DNA of 64,000 nucleotides from Ostrea edulis (Eukaryota): assembly GCF_947568905.1 (NCBI RefSeq), contig NC_079167.1, positions 80,662,001-80,726,000 of the forward strand, read 5' to 3'. The notes below the pieces were generated by a model, which did not search any database, was not told the DNA's origin, and saw nothing but the letters and a program-made list of their open reading frames with translations. The first letter of the stretch is position 1. Each line of letters starts with the position of its first letter. The translations under genes were made by a program, and so were the position numbers. Below, in pieces: positions 1 to 12,860 of this stretch.

Positions 1-1834
1 ACTTTTAAGGAGAATGGAAATACCAAAATTGGTTATCATATCACTGTATTTCGTTGTCTAATACGTTGACGGCGCTGTGTAACCATTAGAGCGTTAGGGC
101 GATCTCAGCTATATACAATGTATAGATGAGCGGATTTTAATTTCAAATGCATTTCCGTAGTCTTGCTTTGTTTCGGTATAATAAGCAATCCATTGCATGA
201 ATTTTGGGAGATATGAAGATTGCCCTCGGGAAATATGATTTTTCTTGCGTGAATAAATCTTCATATCTCCCTCACTATCATGCAATAAATGTATAATGTC
301 ATATATCTTCTTTGAGTATACTGACATCCCCTCTGCACTGAAGTGGTATCCAAAGAATTCGTCAGAGTTAAACTCACATTTTGACTTGTTCAGAGTAATG
401 TTTGTCACGTAATCTCTGTAGTACTCTCTTTAATCTTTGATCATGCTATCCTTGTGTTTTTGCAAACACAGTTGTTTCGAGTGCCTTCTAGACCTTTCAA
501 ACAGTCTTTGATAATGGTTTGAAATTTTTCTGCAGCAAAGCTGATTCCGAATTTCAAACGTTTGAACCTCCGGAGACCGGCATGCGTTGTAAAGTTTGTA
601 ATGTTTCGTGACTCTGGTGATAGTTCGACTTGATGGTATTCAGAGTTGATATCCAACTTTAAGAATACACGAGATCCATTTAGGTCAAGTATGATACCAC
701 CAATATTGGGAGTGATATGCCGTTCTCTTGATTGCAGTGTTTACCTGCCTCATGTCATTACAGATTCTAATTCCCTCAGGTTTCTTTGGTTTACGAGCTA
801 TGACTATAGGGGAGACTCAGGGAGTCGGTCCATCAATTGTCTCTATAATTTCGAGTTGTTCTAGTCTATCTAACTTGACCTCAACCTTTTCCCTCGTATG
901 GAATGATATCCTTCGGTGTGGCTATGCAACGGGTGCTTTGCTATCATCAATGTGTATCTGTACCTGGAGATCCTTTATTTTCCCAATGCTCTTAAATTTG
1001 TCTGAGAATTCACCAATGATCTGTGCAGTATTTGACGGTGTGACTAAACAAATAACAGGAATGACGTCTAAGATAACTGCTGTCTGGTACAATGTAGTTG
1101 AGAAGTGATCCATAAACTCCCATCTCTATTTATATCTCTGTAGTTGTAGTCGTAGTTGTTGTTTCGTGATTGATAGATGAAATTTCAATTCTTAAACTAC
1201 CGACCAAATGTATTGGCTTTTTGGATCCATATGCATAAACTCTGGTGCCAGTATGATCAATGTTTTGGCATTCCTGAAGTTTGGAGAGACTTGTTTCATC
1301 TATTATGTTTACTGTAGTTCTGGTATCAACTATCATTTCAATGTCTATGCCGAGTATTCTTATTCTGGTTTTTGGTTGATTATTGTTTCCCTTGACTTTG
1401 TCGATACGAAATAAATATTCGACTTCTAAGCTTGACACATCAACTGATATTCTTTGGAGTTGTTTCACTGTCTTCGACTTCCACATGATTAAGTTTACCA
1501 CACAATCTGCATTTTGGCCTCTCGCAGTACACTGTCCAGTATGTGGGTATGGTCCTCCACAATTATGACACGTTTTCTAACGTTTTGTCTCTGATGCCCC
1601 CCCCCCCCCCGCCATTTTAGTCCCTTTGTTGTTTGAACACTGCATTTGCTTTTTAAATGAGATGTGGGCTTTGTCACTCAGTTTACAAGTACTGTTCCTT
1701 CATTTTCCATTCCTGAAGCATGAGCATCACTGCTTTCAAACTATCTTGCAAACAGTTGCAATTGTTTTAGGTCAATTTCACTTTCACGGAGTGCTCTCCT
1801 CCAAAGTCTTGAAGAATTACATCATTGCATGATT

Positions 1835-2350
1835 TGAGAAGGTAAAGATAACGAACAGTGATCAATCTCATAACTCCTATAAGCAATACAAAATAGATAG
1901 TTAGGCAAACACGGACCCCTGGACACACCAGAGGGATCAGGTGTCTAGGAGGAGTAAGCATTCCCTATCGACCGGTCACACCCGCTGTGAGCCCTATATC
2001 TTGATCAGGTAAACGAAGTTATCCGTAGTCAAAATCAGAGTGCCAAGAAAGGTCTAACAATCGGTATGAAACGCGTCAGACAGCATTTGGCCCAATGATA
2101 GGTTGTAATGGCAAACTAGATCGTTATAACAACCATATACTAGTAATTTGCAAAATGCTGGCTTTAAACGAGACTGTTGAAGCCCCTGTACCATCAACTA
2201 GTTGGTCAGTAACTTGCCTCGATTTAAAAACTGACCATACGCAGAACAAGCTCTTGCGTATCGAATCAGTTGAGAGATATAAACACTATATTCAGATGAT
2301 AATGGAGAATTGCTACATAAATATGGAAAGTTGACGATGTAGAAGCTGAA
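1835..2350 (-). mobile_element. 5'-truncated Penelope-like element (Naiad-type RT C-terminus plus 3' region)
   Basis: Minus strand reads FSFYIVNFPYLCSNSPLSSEYSVYISQLIRYARACSAYGQFLNRGKLLTN, a motif I recognise from N-terminal-endonuclease PLE RTs; removing it rejoins the gag frame. Confidence 0.75.
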
Positions 2351-2885
2351 TGGGACTAATTTCATTTTTAATGTTTGCGAATTTACAAGTTTTTTCCAGT
2401 TTTCTAAGGCGAGTGTGAAACGTGTCAATGAACTCACCTGTCTGTTGTTGTGCTTGTCGGAACTTGTAAATGTCATATTTCGTGTTGCTTTAGGGATGAA
2501 ATACGTGTTTAAAGTATCTGCAGCTTGCTTATAAACATTTTCCTTTTATTCTGCAAGGGGCAATGTAGTGAAAACATTGTGCACCTCATCCCCTGCGTAA
2601 TGCAAAAATAAAGTTTTTGCCGCTTTTTATCAGTGACATTCATTGCCACGATTACATTTTCCATTCGTTGTTTCCATTTTCTCCATATTGTTGTCGTACT
2701 TCCTTCAGCGTGAACAACAAACGGGGAAACTGAGAGAGTACCACCATTTTCAATATGTTTCATCTACATATGTACATACGTGGTGAGACATTTTCCAAAC
2801 AAACTGGTTTGTTGTATTGACACTGGCCTTTGTTCAACCGGAATGGCGTTTTAAGCAATCCTCAGGTGCGCCGCTCAAGTCTCCG

Positions 2886-2897
2886 TCCTCGTGGCCA
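2886..2897 (-). promoter_or_regulatory. Primer-binding site of the Gypsy element (tRNA-Ser(GCT)-like)
   Basis: Minus strand TGGCCACGAGGA, 11/12 match to the common TGGCGACGAGGA PBS, directly after ...TTGCA (putative LTR end) and ~120 bp upstream of the gag ATG. Confidence 0.6.
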
Positions 2898-3189
2898 ATG
2901 CAAGATCCTTATGATTGACATAGTAACACACAGCTTATCATAGACAAATTTATCTACTGCAATGCAACGTATAGGAATTGATACATATCTAACTACAAAA
3001 TAGAAAGTTAACACATGATACATTTCCGGATATTACAAGGATGACTTTAGATTACAAAATTAAAATGTCACCAATTTGTTTGTAAACATAAACAATGCTC
3101 GAATCTTGTTTACATAACACAGAGTTAAGACTAAAATATTGTTCTTTTCCTTTCATATTAAGTTTGCATTTGCTTTTTAACGTACATAG

Positions 3190-4001
3190 GTGGTCATTTT
3201 GGATCGGAATTTCTGATATAGCAGAAGAGGACAGGTGGATTTACACCTCTATTCAGCATCCAGTCGTAATCCATGACTTCAGCCCGACTAATCCGAACGG
3301 CCAAAAGAGTTCCAACTGTGTGGCTTTATGGCATGACTATCAAGGGCATTGGTCCGATGAACCCTGTCATGCAACGTTCTATTTCATCTGCGAAAAAGAA
3401 CATGCGTATGTCCTCCTTCTTTAAAAGTTGTAATGAATTAATCAGCGACATATTATTGCCTTCATATCACGTGTCAGGTCACCTTGCCACTATCTGGCCT
3501 CTGAGTATTTGGTGTTACATCTTACTATCTAAGTATTCGTTTCGCAACTGGGAGACATGAGTTCCATTCTTTAAGTTTGACAGAACTTCAAACCGAAGTC
3601 ATTTAACCTAGGTAGTAGCTGTTTCTTTTGTTTCAAAATCCCGGTATTTGAAGGGATGGTCTCGGGTCTTTCGGGTATGACCTTAAAAACGGAAGTCGCG
3701 TGCCAAGGTAGGCGTAGGCACGATAAAGGACCCTCACTACTACGATAAGTGTCATACATATATAGGTATAAGTTTGTGGTACCAAAAGCTGTTACAAACG
3801 TTTCTACATTAGTGCAAGATTCTCCATTGGGAGAGGTAAATGTTGTAGTATCTGTCCAAGAATATAAAAGCAAAGAAAAGCCCTTGTCTATAAGACTGCT
3901 ATTATCCTTTCTCTTTTTGTTGTTTTATAGAACATCTCGTATTGCATTGTGAGTATCTATTATCTTTCTTTTCCAGAGATCATGAACTTGTACTTGGCTG
4001 A
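3190..4001 (+). CDS. Perlucin-like C-type lectin, last two coding exons (3190..3405, 3977..4001); 5' part not found
   Basis: AG acceptor at 3188-3189, then WSFWIGISD..DRWIY..PTNPNG..NCVAL..WSDEPC..FYFICEKE (WIG, NC, W-x-D-x-x-C and FICE motifs); GTATGT donor at 3406; TTTCTTTTCCAG acceptor at 3976 continues in phase with (A)DHELVLG*. Confidence 0.8.
3640..3745 (+). mobile_element. Degenerate V-domain-like (RUDI-like) SINE fragment in the lectin intron
   Basis: GGTATGACCTTAAAAACGGAAGTCGCGTG..GGCACGATAAAGGACCCTCACT, similar to the SINE cores at 48977 and 58139. Confidence 0.55.
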
Positions 4002-4516
4002 GTGTCAACAGGACATAACTATGTTCAATTAATCATTCAAAGTTCCTTGATAAAACTTCGTACATCAATCATGTTTGGAAGCTCAATTCAGGCAAATTTG
4101 AAAATATAGCACAAAAGTTAGATTTCGGAGGAACAATCGGATAAGATACCACAAGATGCTTGCTACAGCATGGTATCAAGAAAGGTGTGTAGGTATTAGC
4201 GAGGACTTCAATAGTAGCCAATAGGGTGAGTCTTCCGTCATTACAATATCTACACAGTAAGGCAATGGCAGATTTCTTCAAAACAGCTGACCAGTCTTCT
4301 TTGAACGGGAAACACATAGCGTCTAATCCTTTAGTTTTCAACCTTATATTCTTTAGAGTGTATAAAGTCAATAGATATCCTTATTACGTGATGTGGTACC
4401 ATATGACTGCAAGTTACACGGCGCATCAATTTGCCACAAACGGTATATCACTAGCGAGTTTAATCTTTGGGTTTCCTCATTAGCTGCAATTCCCATAGCC
4501 TTAGCTGTAGAACTGT

Positions 4517-5502
4517 GGGTACCTGTAAAGTGCGAAACGAAATCGAAACGAAACGAAACGAAATCTACCAAAACGAAACAGATTGTTTAAGTGAACCCTT
4601 CAAATTATAATAATATGATAATCAAAAATGACATACCAGACCCCGGTGAAAGTTACCACACATAAACAAATTCGCCTCCCCTTTGATGTAGGCTTTCGGG
4701 TTGACTGATACAAAGTTTTAAAAGTTGGAAAGGGGGTGGGTAAGCACAAAGTACATATCCGAAGTTGATTAAATTATAAACACCATGTGCAACTAGTTTC
4801 GGATCCAGAAATTCCAGAACGGAGGGTTACAGTCTCACAGGTCGGAGGTCTGGGGAAACACAGTTAAACGCATGCTTCAGTATTTTTTGCTCTAAAGACA
4901 AATCTATGTATACATGTGGATATTATGTATGTCTTTCCGTTCTCTTTATAATCTCTGCTTCTCTTGTTCATAAGCCATTTGATTTTACAAAATGTTGACC
5001 CTCTTCTGATATTATTGCATAAAATATTTCCGTTTTCCGTTCCATCTTCAATTTTCCCGTTTTGGCAACACCCCAGATATATAGAGTTATATTTAGACTT
5101 ACTGCATATCAATAATAATTTTTAATAATAAATGTACATACATCTTACTGAATTGCATTCATATACATGTAATATTGTAGACCATTTCATTTTTTTTTTT
5201 TTTTTCATTATTGAAAGTACTCGCACTTCAGCAGTTAGAGATAAAATAAGAGGTTAAATGTCTTCCTTTCAACTTACTCAGACACCTGCTTCTTCAAACA
5301 ATGTTTGATGCTAACCGATAGATCGCTCGGAAATGTATCAGTCAACCAGAAAGACCACATCAACGGGGGAAGAGAATTTCATTTACATGTGGTAACTTTC
5401 ACAGGGGTCTGAGATACCATTTTTATCATGATTACATATTTCGGTTCTACAATCTCTTTCATTTCGGTAAATTTCGTTTAGTTTCGCATTTTACAGGTAC
5501 CC
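4517..5502. mobile_element. Non-autonomous TIR transposon with 10-bp TSD (Mutator/MULE-like)
   Basis: TIRs GGGTACCTGTAAA(G/A)TGCGAAAC at both ends; identical GTAGAACTGT at 4507-4516 and 5503-5512. Confidence 0.8.
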
Positions 5503-5584
5503 GTAGAACTGTAGCTCTCTGGAAAAAAATATCGGGACAGATCTGTCCCAATATTTTATTCAGAGAACTACAGTTCTGCGGCTA
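5503..5584. repeat. Palindromic (hairpin) MITE-like element, disrupted by the 4517-5502 insertion
   Basis: Centre GGGACAGATCTGTCCC (5534-5549); arms ..AGAACTGTAGCTCTCTG / CAGAGAACTACAGTTCT..; the left tip (TAGCT) lies at ~4502. Confidence 0.65.
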
Positions 5585-6042
5585 GCCGGAGTAGCCGCGC
5601 CCCAACTTTTACAGATCTGTAAACATATGGGCAATAGTAAGTACAGTTAAATCATTTTGGCTAGGTTTGTAAATTATCAACAACTTTTTAATTTTGTATG
5701 GCGGTAATTGTACCCTATATCGATGATACTTTAAGGAAAAGAATAGAAAATATTTTATCAGAGCCTCTCCATTATGGAAACCTATCTACAATAGCTCGCT
5801 CTATACAAAAGACGATATCACGAGATTCAGATGTTTAGGAACATAAATCAACCTGAGTAGATGCCATACGTTTAATTTTTTATTTGAAGTCGCACATCAA
5901 ATGTTTCATTCTCAGTGGATAGTATACGTTCTCATGATTATGACGCATTCCTTAGCTCTTCTATTTCAAAGATATTCTTTTACCCAACAATCAATATTGA
6001 TTGAAACAGAAACACCCAACACACATCACAAATTTGAATAGC

Positions 6043-6048
6043 TTTATT
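6043..6048 (-). terminator. Candidate polyadenylation signal (AATAAA) of GADD45-like gene B
   Basis: TTTATT on +, ~310 nt into the terminal 3'-UTR exon that starts at 6356. Confidence 0.5.
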
Positions 6049-6501
6049 CTAGTACAATTCCGTACAGTTAGATACAGAGCATTTATAAGCAATGTCAGTA
6101 AATACACCTTGTCTTTACACACGACGATTCGTGGCCACAGTCATTAATGATTAATCTGTGAAGTCTTCTCTTCTTTGAATTCACGCGCTGTCCAATGCAG
6201 GCGAATTAACGTCACGACACCTTTGCGCAACTTGCGCACATCTCAACGGGCCCAGTTACCGCCACACATTGGGTCCAGAATTAGTGGGCACAGAAATGGC
6301 CAGCACAATGCACGCACATTACAAGTTCTGTGTATAAATACGATTTGGAAATTAATCTGCAAAGAAAATAGCAAACAATACTTAAAATATAACATTCTAA
6401 ATTTGTTTAGAATATTGGAATCAAAATTAAAGTAAAGGGCCCATATTATGAGAAGCACTGAATCACAAACTTACTTTTCATAACCAAGAAGAGAATTCTT
6501 A

Positions 6502-8591
6502 TCATCCGGGTAACTCGATGACGTGAGAATGTGACACCCCATGCAGGAGCATCTTCTTGAAAAAGTCGTCAATCATCTTCCATTCCTTCTCTGCAGCAAC
6601 TGAATCAGAAGCATCCGACTGTGGAAACTGTGGGAAGAAATACAAAGTTTTGTCTGTTTGTTCCAAGAAATACACTCTACCAACTGCTTTCTTTTTATCG
6701 TTTCTAATTAATCAATTAATTGTGAATTGATGAAGTTTATGGCAGAGTTAAGGCTTCAGTGTTAGACTGGGGGTCCGTTTAAGCGTGTTATTCAATGTCC
6801 CTAAGAGTTTGGTGAGTACTTACAAGAACGAGGACACAGGAGAAGTCCGAATTCAGAGAGTGGTTAGTGGGTTCTGTGTGGTCAAGTACCAACATTTCCA
6901 ACTTCTTGGCGCAGTCCACCTGCAAGTAGTGCATTTGACTTTATTACAATTCCTTTAAAACTTTTTTTTTTCATTCTTTTACGATAATGACAATGTCGGG
7001 AGTATGTCGGAAACGTTTTGTATGACGGTCTCCGTTACCTTCATGACTCTTATTCCATTTTCCCAGCAGTGTGCTTTTATAAGAGTTTGTTCGATGTTGA
7101 TTGTGACATCAGCGCCCTCTGGTGGCTGTGGTAGAATGCACAGCATCACTGCATCTGGATCCCTGTCAATATTACAAATACGTATATATTCTACTATCTA
7201 AAACACAATAAAAAACAAGGTTGTTCAACACTGAATTCCCCCACTTTTATTTCAAAAGTTAAATCTTTACAAAATCCATGTCTTCAGCGGGAGCGCACTT
7301 GATGAAAAAAAACCCACATTACCTTTCCAGAATGGCGGCACACTTATGGACTCCATTAAGAACCCTTTCTTGCTGGGCCGCGTTCCTCAGGATTTTTAGC
7401 ACGCCTGGGCAGGCCTTTACACAGCTTCTACAAAATCAAGACACATTTGTATCAAATCATCTCATCGGTTCATTTTGATTCAAATCATTTACAAATTCCG
7501 TGAAAATATGCATACTGTATGTTTAATAGCATATAATATGTAACACCGTTTTGTCGCTCCGTCACATATTTTACTAATGCAGATTATTCAGTAATCAGTC
7601 AATCTTATTGGAAAATTAGCATGATCTTTGTTTGTTAGCTACCAATCAAAATGAGTTTATTAAAAAGGAAGTTAAATTAATATTTGTAAACACCTCTTAC
7701 ACTGAGTAAAATGGTGTTAAATCAGGTCAAGTTCAGAAACGGATTTTTCTAAACAACTCCATACCATCCTGTTTACAATCGACTTGGTCTCATTGCACGT
7801 ACATGTAATATGTACTTTAATTAAAGAATTTAAGCATTCAAAATGGACCTTTTGCTTGGTGTTTAACCATCTGCTCTATATGTCATTCAGTAACCGTGAT
7901 CTTACAATGTATACATATTAATCAGGGACCTAAATGTTATAGTTTACATTCCAAAGATGTTCAACAACTCGACTCCATAAAAGGAGATATCTACATATGT
8001 ACTGGCAGATCACAAAGTTTGGCTATCATTTCTAAAATTAGTAACGTCATGACAAGATTAGCGATCGTGAACACGCAAATCGATCTCCGTAGGGAAGACT
8101 GGCAGCGGGCCCACGTCATACACACAATGAAATTTCTATTACCATTCAACATAAACACCGTTTAGTTTAGCAACGCTATATTTAGAATACGCATTCCTAG
8201 AAAACAAAAAGCGTAGTTCCGTGTTGTAAAACTCCAGTGCCCTTCGCTGTATAGTATCAAAATATTTCATGTCAAATCATTTTCCTGTATCTATTCGGCA
8301 GCTTATATTAGTTAATAACCCATTGTCATTGATGATGCAACACAAGTTACTGTTGCGATACACAACGGACTGGTCTTCAGAAATGTGGATATTGCAAAAT
8401 TACATCATGCACATAGTTGTCATTACTAAGATCCTTTACAACAGAACAAAAACTTGCATATGCTACTGTGTCTTGATTGCACTGATGTCATTAAAGTAAT
8501 ATCAATTAAACAATTACGCAATTAATTCAATTAGATCTACTTACTCCTCGCTGCATTGCTCTATTAAATCTTTCTGATCTGTTAGTGTCAT
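6502..8591 (-). CDS. GADD45: GADD45-family protein, paralogue B, 165 aa; exons 8545..8591, 7323..7427, 7039..7162, 6824..6919, 6502..6627
   Basis: All introns GT-AG with phases 2,2,0,0; 498 nt in frame: MTLTDQKDLIEQCSEESCVKACPGVLKILRNAAQQERVLNGVHKCAAILERDPDAVMLCILPQPPEGADVTINIEQTLIKAHCWENGIRVMKVDCAKKLEMLVLDHTEPTNHSLNSDFSCVLVLFPQSDASDSVAAEKEWKMIDDFFKKMLLHGVSHSHVIELPG*. MTL start, DPDxVxLC, TLIxAxCxEN and DxxCVLV are GADD45 hallmarks. Confidence 0.92.
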
Positions 8592-10060
8592 ATCGTCTTC
8601 TGTTGCAAATTTCCACTGAATTAAAATTATATTCTCCAAAAGTTAGCTAAAAAATTCACGCCTGTTTTCAAACACGTCTTTGCAATGTGGACTCCTTCTC
8701 AGGTATGTATGGTGTCGTAATCGCAATGAGTCATGTGGTTATCCCCTGACTTGAAAACGAGAGATTTGATTGGTCGAGCCTTTAGAATGTTCCCCAATTC
8801 TGAACTGACGATCCAGATTTTGCCTCCGAGGACGTTTAAAATCAAGAACAGTTACATAAGCAAAAACGAGGCTTTTTTAAAACTCGTTTATAGACTGAAA
8901 TTTTGTTCATAGCTATATTTTTCTCCGGTCGCAGAGCGAGCTAGGTTCTAAAGTTTATGAAGTATTCAGCTAATTTTAGAATATGGACGGAACATTACTA
9001 ACGTTCTATTAATAGATTTCTATAGATATATATACAGGGTGTTTTCCTCTGTCAAAGTCACATGCCTTGGGTTGATTTGTTGGGACGTACGAAATTTTTC
9101 ACTTGTGACCGCATAAGATTGTGTAAAGCACACTACACACAGTGGTAAGACGTAGCCCTAGTCTACTGACCATACACACATATAGATCCTGTTAACAGTC
9201 ACCATTACATTGTAGTATGTCTCCGTTCATTGTAATCTCTAAACCAGCATCATTATACCCTCCTTCCTTTTCATTCTTATCGATGAATTGTATTTCTTCT
9301 GACTTTCAATGTGATCAGATTTGGGGGGGGGGGGGGGGGGGGGGGGGGGTCGCAAAGCAGTTCGGTCATCTCACAAAAGTTCAACATGAAAAATTAAAGG
9401 CATGTCATGGTCAGCAAACATCTGTGATTGTTGATCGATGCAATATAATCGGATTCATAATTAGTGACCCATTCTGATCACTTTGATTTATAATATATCT
9501 CAACCAGGTCTCAAGACCATGAATTGAAAATAGACTTAAGTCAAAATTTTGATGATTAATCTAGCAAATTTTTTTTATTTTAAACTGCTGGTTTATAAAA
9601 TGAATATTAAATTATTGCAAACATATGTTGAAAATTTTATTTGTTTATGAAGACTTTTTCAAAAGTTATTTGGATTCGAAATTAAACTTCGGTCTATTCT
9701 CAGCTTATACTTGGGGCCTGGCTCATATCTTAAGATTTATCCAGCGCAGAGGTTTAAAAAATCTTGTGGTAAAAAAAAAAATCAAATACAAAAATATACT
9801 GAAAATTTTATTTGTTTATGAAAAATATTTCAAAAGTTAGCTGGATTTGAAATTTAGACTTTTAAAAGTCTATTCTCAGTTTATGATCTTGAGGCCTGGT
9901 CTCATTGATTTCAGAGACTTTGTCTGTCTACACCAATTACCGGCAATTGCATCGCTTGGGTTCAAATTTACTAATTCAACCCAAGCGATATATCTTTGCC
10001 TGTGCTACAAATGTGAATTTGAGGATCTCGCATAATATGAACCTAAATGTTGTTTGATTA

Positions 10061-10480
10061 GGGCATGCCATGGGCACGATATTTGACCTGAAATTTTTCA
10101 AACTTTATTATACATTTTTAATGCTTACAATAAATAACTAGATTATTTCCAATGGTCAGCAAAAGAGTGTCAGTTGTGGAGTTACAAAAGGGTTACTTGG
10201 TGTCACAGCAGGTGTGACACGATAAAGATCCTTCCCTGCTCAAGGCCGTAAGCGCCGAGCATAGGTCTAAACTATGCAGACCTTCATAGGCAATGGTAAC
10301 GTCTCCATATGAGCCAAAAAAATCACGATGCATGTGCAATCAATTAACAAGTTAATTCTGAACACATTTAACATTTAAATTTTTGCTGACCATTAGAAAT
10401 ACCTTAGTTAAGCATTGTAAAATATAAAAATTAGTATAAATAAAATTTGAAAATTTTCAATCCAAATCTTGTCCATGCCC
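10061..10480. mobile_element. Degenerate MITE with ~100-bp imperfect TIRs and a nested SINE fragment
   Basis: GGGCATG..AAATTTTTCAAA..AATGGTCAGCAAAA at left, inverted counterpart TTTTGCTGACCATT..CATGCCC at right. Confidence 0.6.
10197..10322 (+). mobile_element. V-domain-like SINE 3' fragment
   Basis: GTGTCACAGCAGGTGTGACACGATAAAGATCCTTCCCTGCTCAAGGCCGTAAGCGCCGAGCATAGG, the core shared with the 28762 and 58139 copies. Confidence 0.75.
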
Positions 10481-11161
10481 CTTATGATATATTTAAGATA
10501 TTATGAGTTCTCGGTATTTTCATGTCCATTAAGCCTTTACATCATTGTTAAAACAAGCAATTTCATCGCTTAAAAAATCCTTGCATGTTGTTATATATAT
10601 ATTTTAAAACGGAAAAACATTTTTCATATTTTCTCCTTGCCAAGTTTTTGTGCTAAATGACCCATCCAGAAGTAATTACGTTCTAGTACCATGAGACATT
10701 GACCTTTGGCTTAAAACGCATCTAATTAAATAGTAATTGAGAGAATAAATAATGTCTTCCTACGTGATCTACATGTAGTGACACTGACCTAAATATCACT
10801 TGGGTTCCTCATCAAGTCATGAAGATTCCTCCCGCAGTTTCACTTCTAAAGATCAAATATTATTCAAATATCAGAAAACCATTTTATTTTTTAACGTTTC
10901 TCAATTACCTTGACCTTTTCACCTGCAAAACAAAAGAAGTCCTCCCTAAATGATGTAGACTACTTTATATCGCATCATGTGACCCACTGACTTTCACTTT
11001 TTGACATATGGTCAATAGGAGTCATCCTTAAGTCATAGTCTTTTAAATGCTTAAACAGCATATGAATTAGTTTGGAAACAATTTTTTTAAAACATGACCT
11101 ACCTGGGATCTTGACCCTTTTCATCCTAAAAAAAAAACAATGAGCAGGAAGTCAGATCCCA

Positions 11162-12199
11162 AAACAAGAGGCCCACGGGTCACATGCTCACCTGAGTCAC
11201 CTTGGCTCATATTCAAAGATTTTTTCTATATATTCGCATGTAAAACTTTGATACCTATTAGGCCCCAACCTAGTCCTGGGGGTTATGATTTTTACAAAAT
11301 TGAATCTGCACTATGTCATGAAGCTTTCATGTAAACTTTTCTGAGAAGATTTTCCCTATATATTTGTATGTAAAAATTTTATCCCCTACTGTGAACCAAT
11401 CTTACACTCAGGGACCATGATTTTTACAATCTTTAATCTGCACTTTATCAGGAAGCTTTTGTACAACTGTAAACGTCTTTAGCACAATGGTTCTTAAGGA
11501 GAAAATTTTTAAAGATTTTTTCTATTTATTAGTTATGTGAAAATTTGACTCCCTATTGCGACACTATCATAACCCCAGGGGTCATGAATTTAACAACCAT
11601 GAATCTGCACCATGTCAGAATCTTTCATGTAAATCTTAGCTTTTCTGGCTGAGTGGTTAAGATTTTTCCTTATATATTTGTATGTAAAACTTCGATACCC
11701 TATCGTCACCTCATCCTACCCCCGGGAGACATGATTTTAACAAACTTGAATCTGCACTATGTCAGAAAGCTTTCATGTAAATTTCCACTTTCCTGGCCCA
11801 GTAGTTTTTAAAAAGATTTTCCCTACATTTGTAATGTATGCAAAACTTTGATCCCCTATTGTGGCCCCATCCTACCCCCGGGGGCCATCATTTTTACAAA
11901 CTTGAATCTGCGCTATGTCAGGAAGCTTTCATGTAAATTTCAGCTCTTCTGGCCCAGTGGTTCTTGAGAAGAGTTTTAAATGACCCCACCCTATTTTTGT
12001 GATTATCTCCCCCTTTGAAGGGGGCATGGCCCTTCATTTGAACAAACTGGAAAGACCTTCCCCCAAGGATGCTTTTGGCCAAGTTTGGTTTAAATTGGCC
12101 CAGTGGTTCTGGAGAATAAGTCGAAAATGTCAAAAGTTTACAGACAGACGGATAGACAACAGGCGATCAGAAAAGCTTTCAGCTCAGGTGAGCTAAAAA
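11162..12199 (+). mobile_element. Non-autonomous Helentron-type element with a central array of ~166-bp HindIII/Cg170-like satellite units
   Basis: 5' AAACAAGAGGCCCA..GCTCACCTGAG; repeated units with AAACTTGAATCTGCACTATGTCAG(G/A)AAGCTTTCATG; CAGA/CGGA microsatellite; 3' TCAGCTCAGGTGAGCTAAAAA. Same ends at 43367-44114 and ~58690. Confidence 0.8.
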
Positions 12200-12231
12200 G
12201 AAACCTCAAAGAAAAAGAACAGTACTGATGA

Positions 12232-12237
12232 TTTATT
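12232..12237 (-). terminator. Candidate polyadenylation signal (AATAAA) of GADD45-like gene A
   Basis: TTTATT on +, ~500 nt into the terminal 3'-UTR exon that starts at 12741. Confidence 0.45.
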
Positions 12238-12860
12238 TAGATCTGAACATCGATGAAAGTGAATCAAATGATGATTTACACTCTATATCACAATACACTC
12301 CATGTCGTGTAATTTTTTTGTAATATTTTCTTCCCTCTACATCATCAACACTTCACAACTTCCGGGTCTTTTCTACACTTTCTCTGTCTCTTCTCACTCC
12401 ATTTTGTCATATTTTTTTTCATGCTTTTTCCAATATGCATTTCATATGAACACATTGAAACAATGTAAAGTTAATATGGGAATGGTTTAAGTCCATTATA
12501 TATGAAGTTCCATCCACAAAGTTGTACTGGGGGTCATATATATTGCAGTAGAAAGCAGCTCAGTCGGAGAGGAACACTAGGCTCTGCTGGGGAATCCCCC
12601 TCCACCATTCCTTCTACTACAAGATTTGGAAGAACAGTCACTTCATGGCAGGAAACACAATGTAAATGGAAAACATAATAATGGAACCATTCCCGGCCAG
12701 CTCTCAGGAACCGATTTCTGTACATACAAGTCTGTAGACTTCTGCAAAGGAAACAAAAGCAAATATTCAATACATGTTGAATACATCAGGAATACCGACA
12801 TAACACCGTCATTTCAAAATTTGTATCCATAGTATAAAACAACTCCAGTCTCATCAAATG

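Larger units (their letters stand above)
290..2899 (-). mobile_element. Decayed Ty3/Gypsy LTR retrotransposon (gag-protease-RT), truncated after RT and interrupted by a Penelope-like fragment
   Basis: Minus-strand fragments with stops and frameshifts: gag start at 2763 (SPFVVHAEGSTTTIWRKWKQRMEN), IDTFHTRLRKLEKTCKF, zinc-knuckle region CGGPYPHTGQC..CRLCGKLNH (~1480-1560), protease IVDTRTTVNII, RT DINSEYHQVELSPESRNITNFTTHAGLRRFKRLKFGI and ITLNKSKCEF..FFGYHFSAEG down to ~290. No RNase H, integrase or second LTR seen; boundaries approximate. Confidence 0.88.

Noticed and set aside
1835-2100. Hammerhead ribozyme in the Naiad-type PLE 3' region
   Set aside because: No CUGANGA..GAAA core found on either strand.
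4100-4330. Faint Rossmann-like reading on + (FGGTIG*DTTRCLLQHG..VLART)
   Set aside because: Two stops, no splice context, similarity too weak to support by eye.
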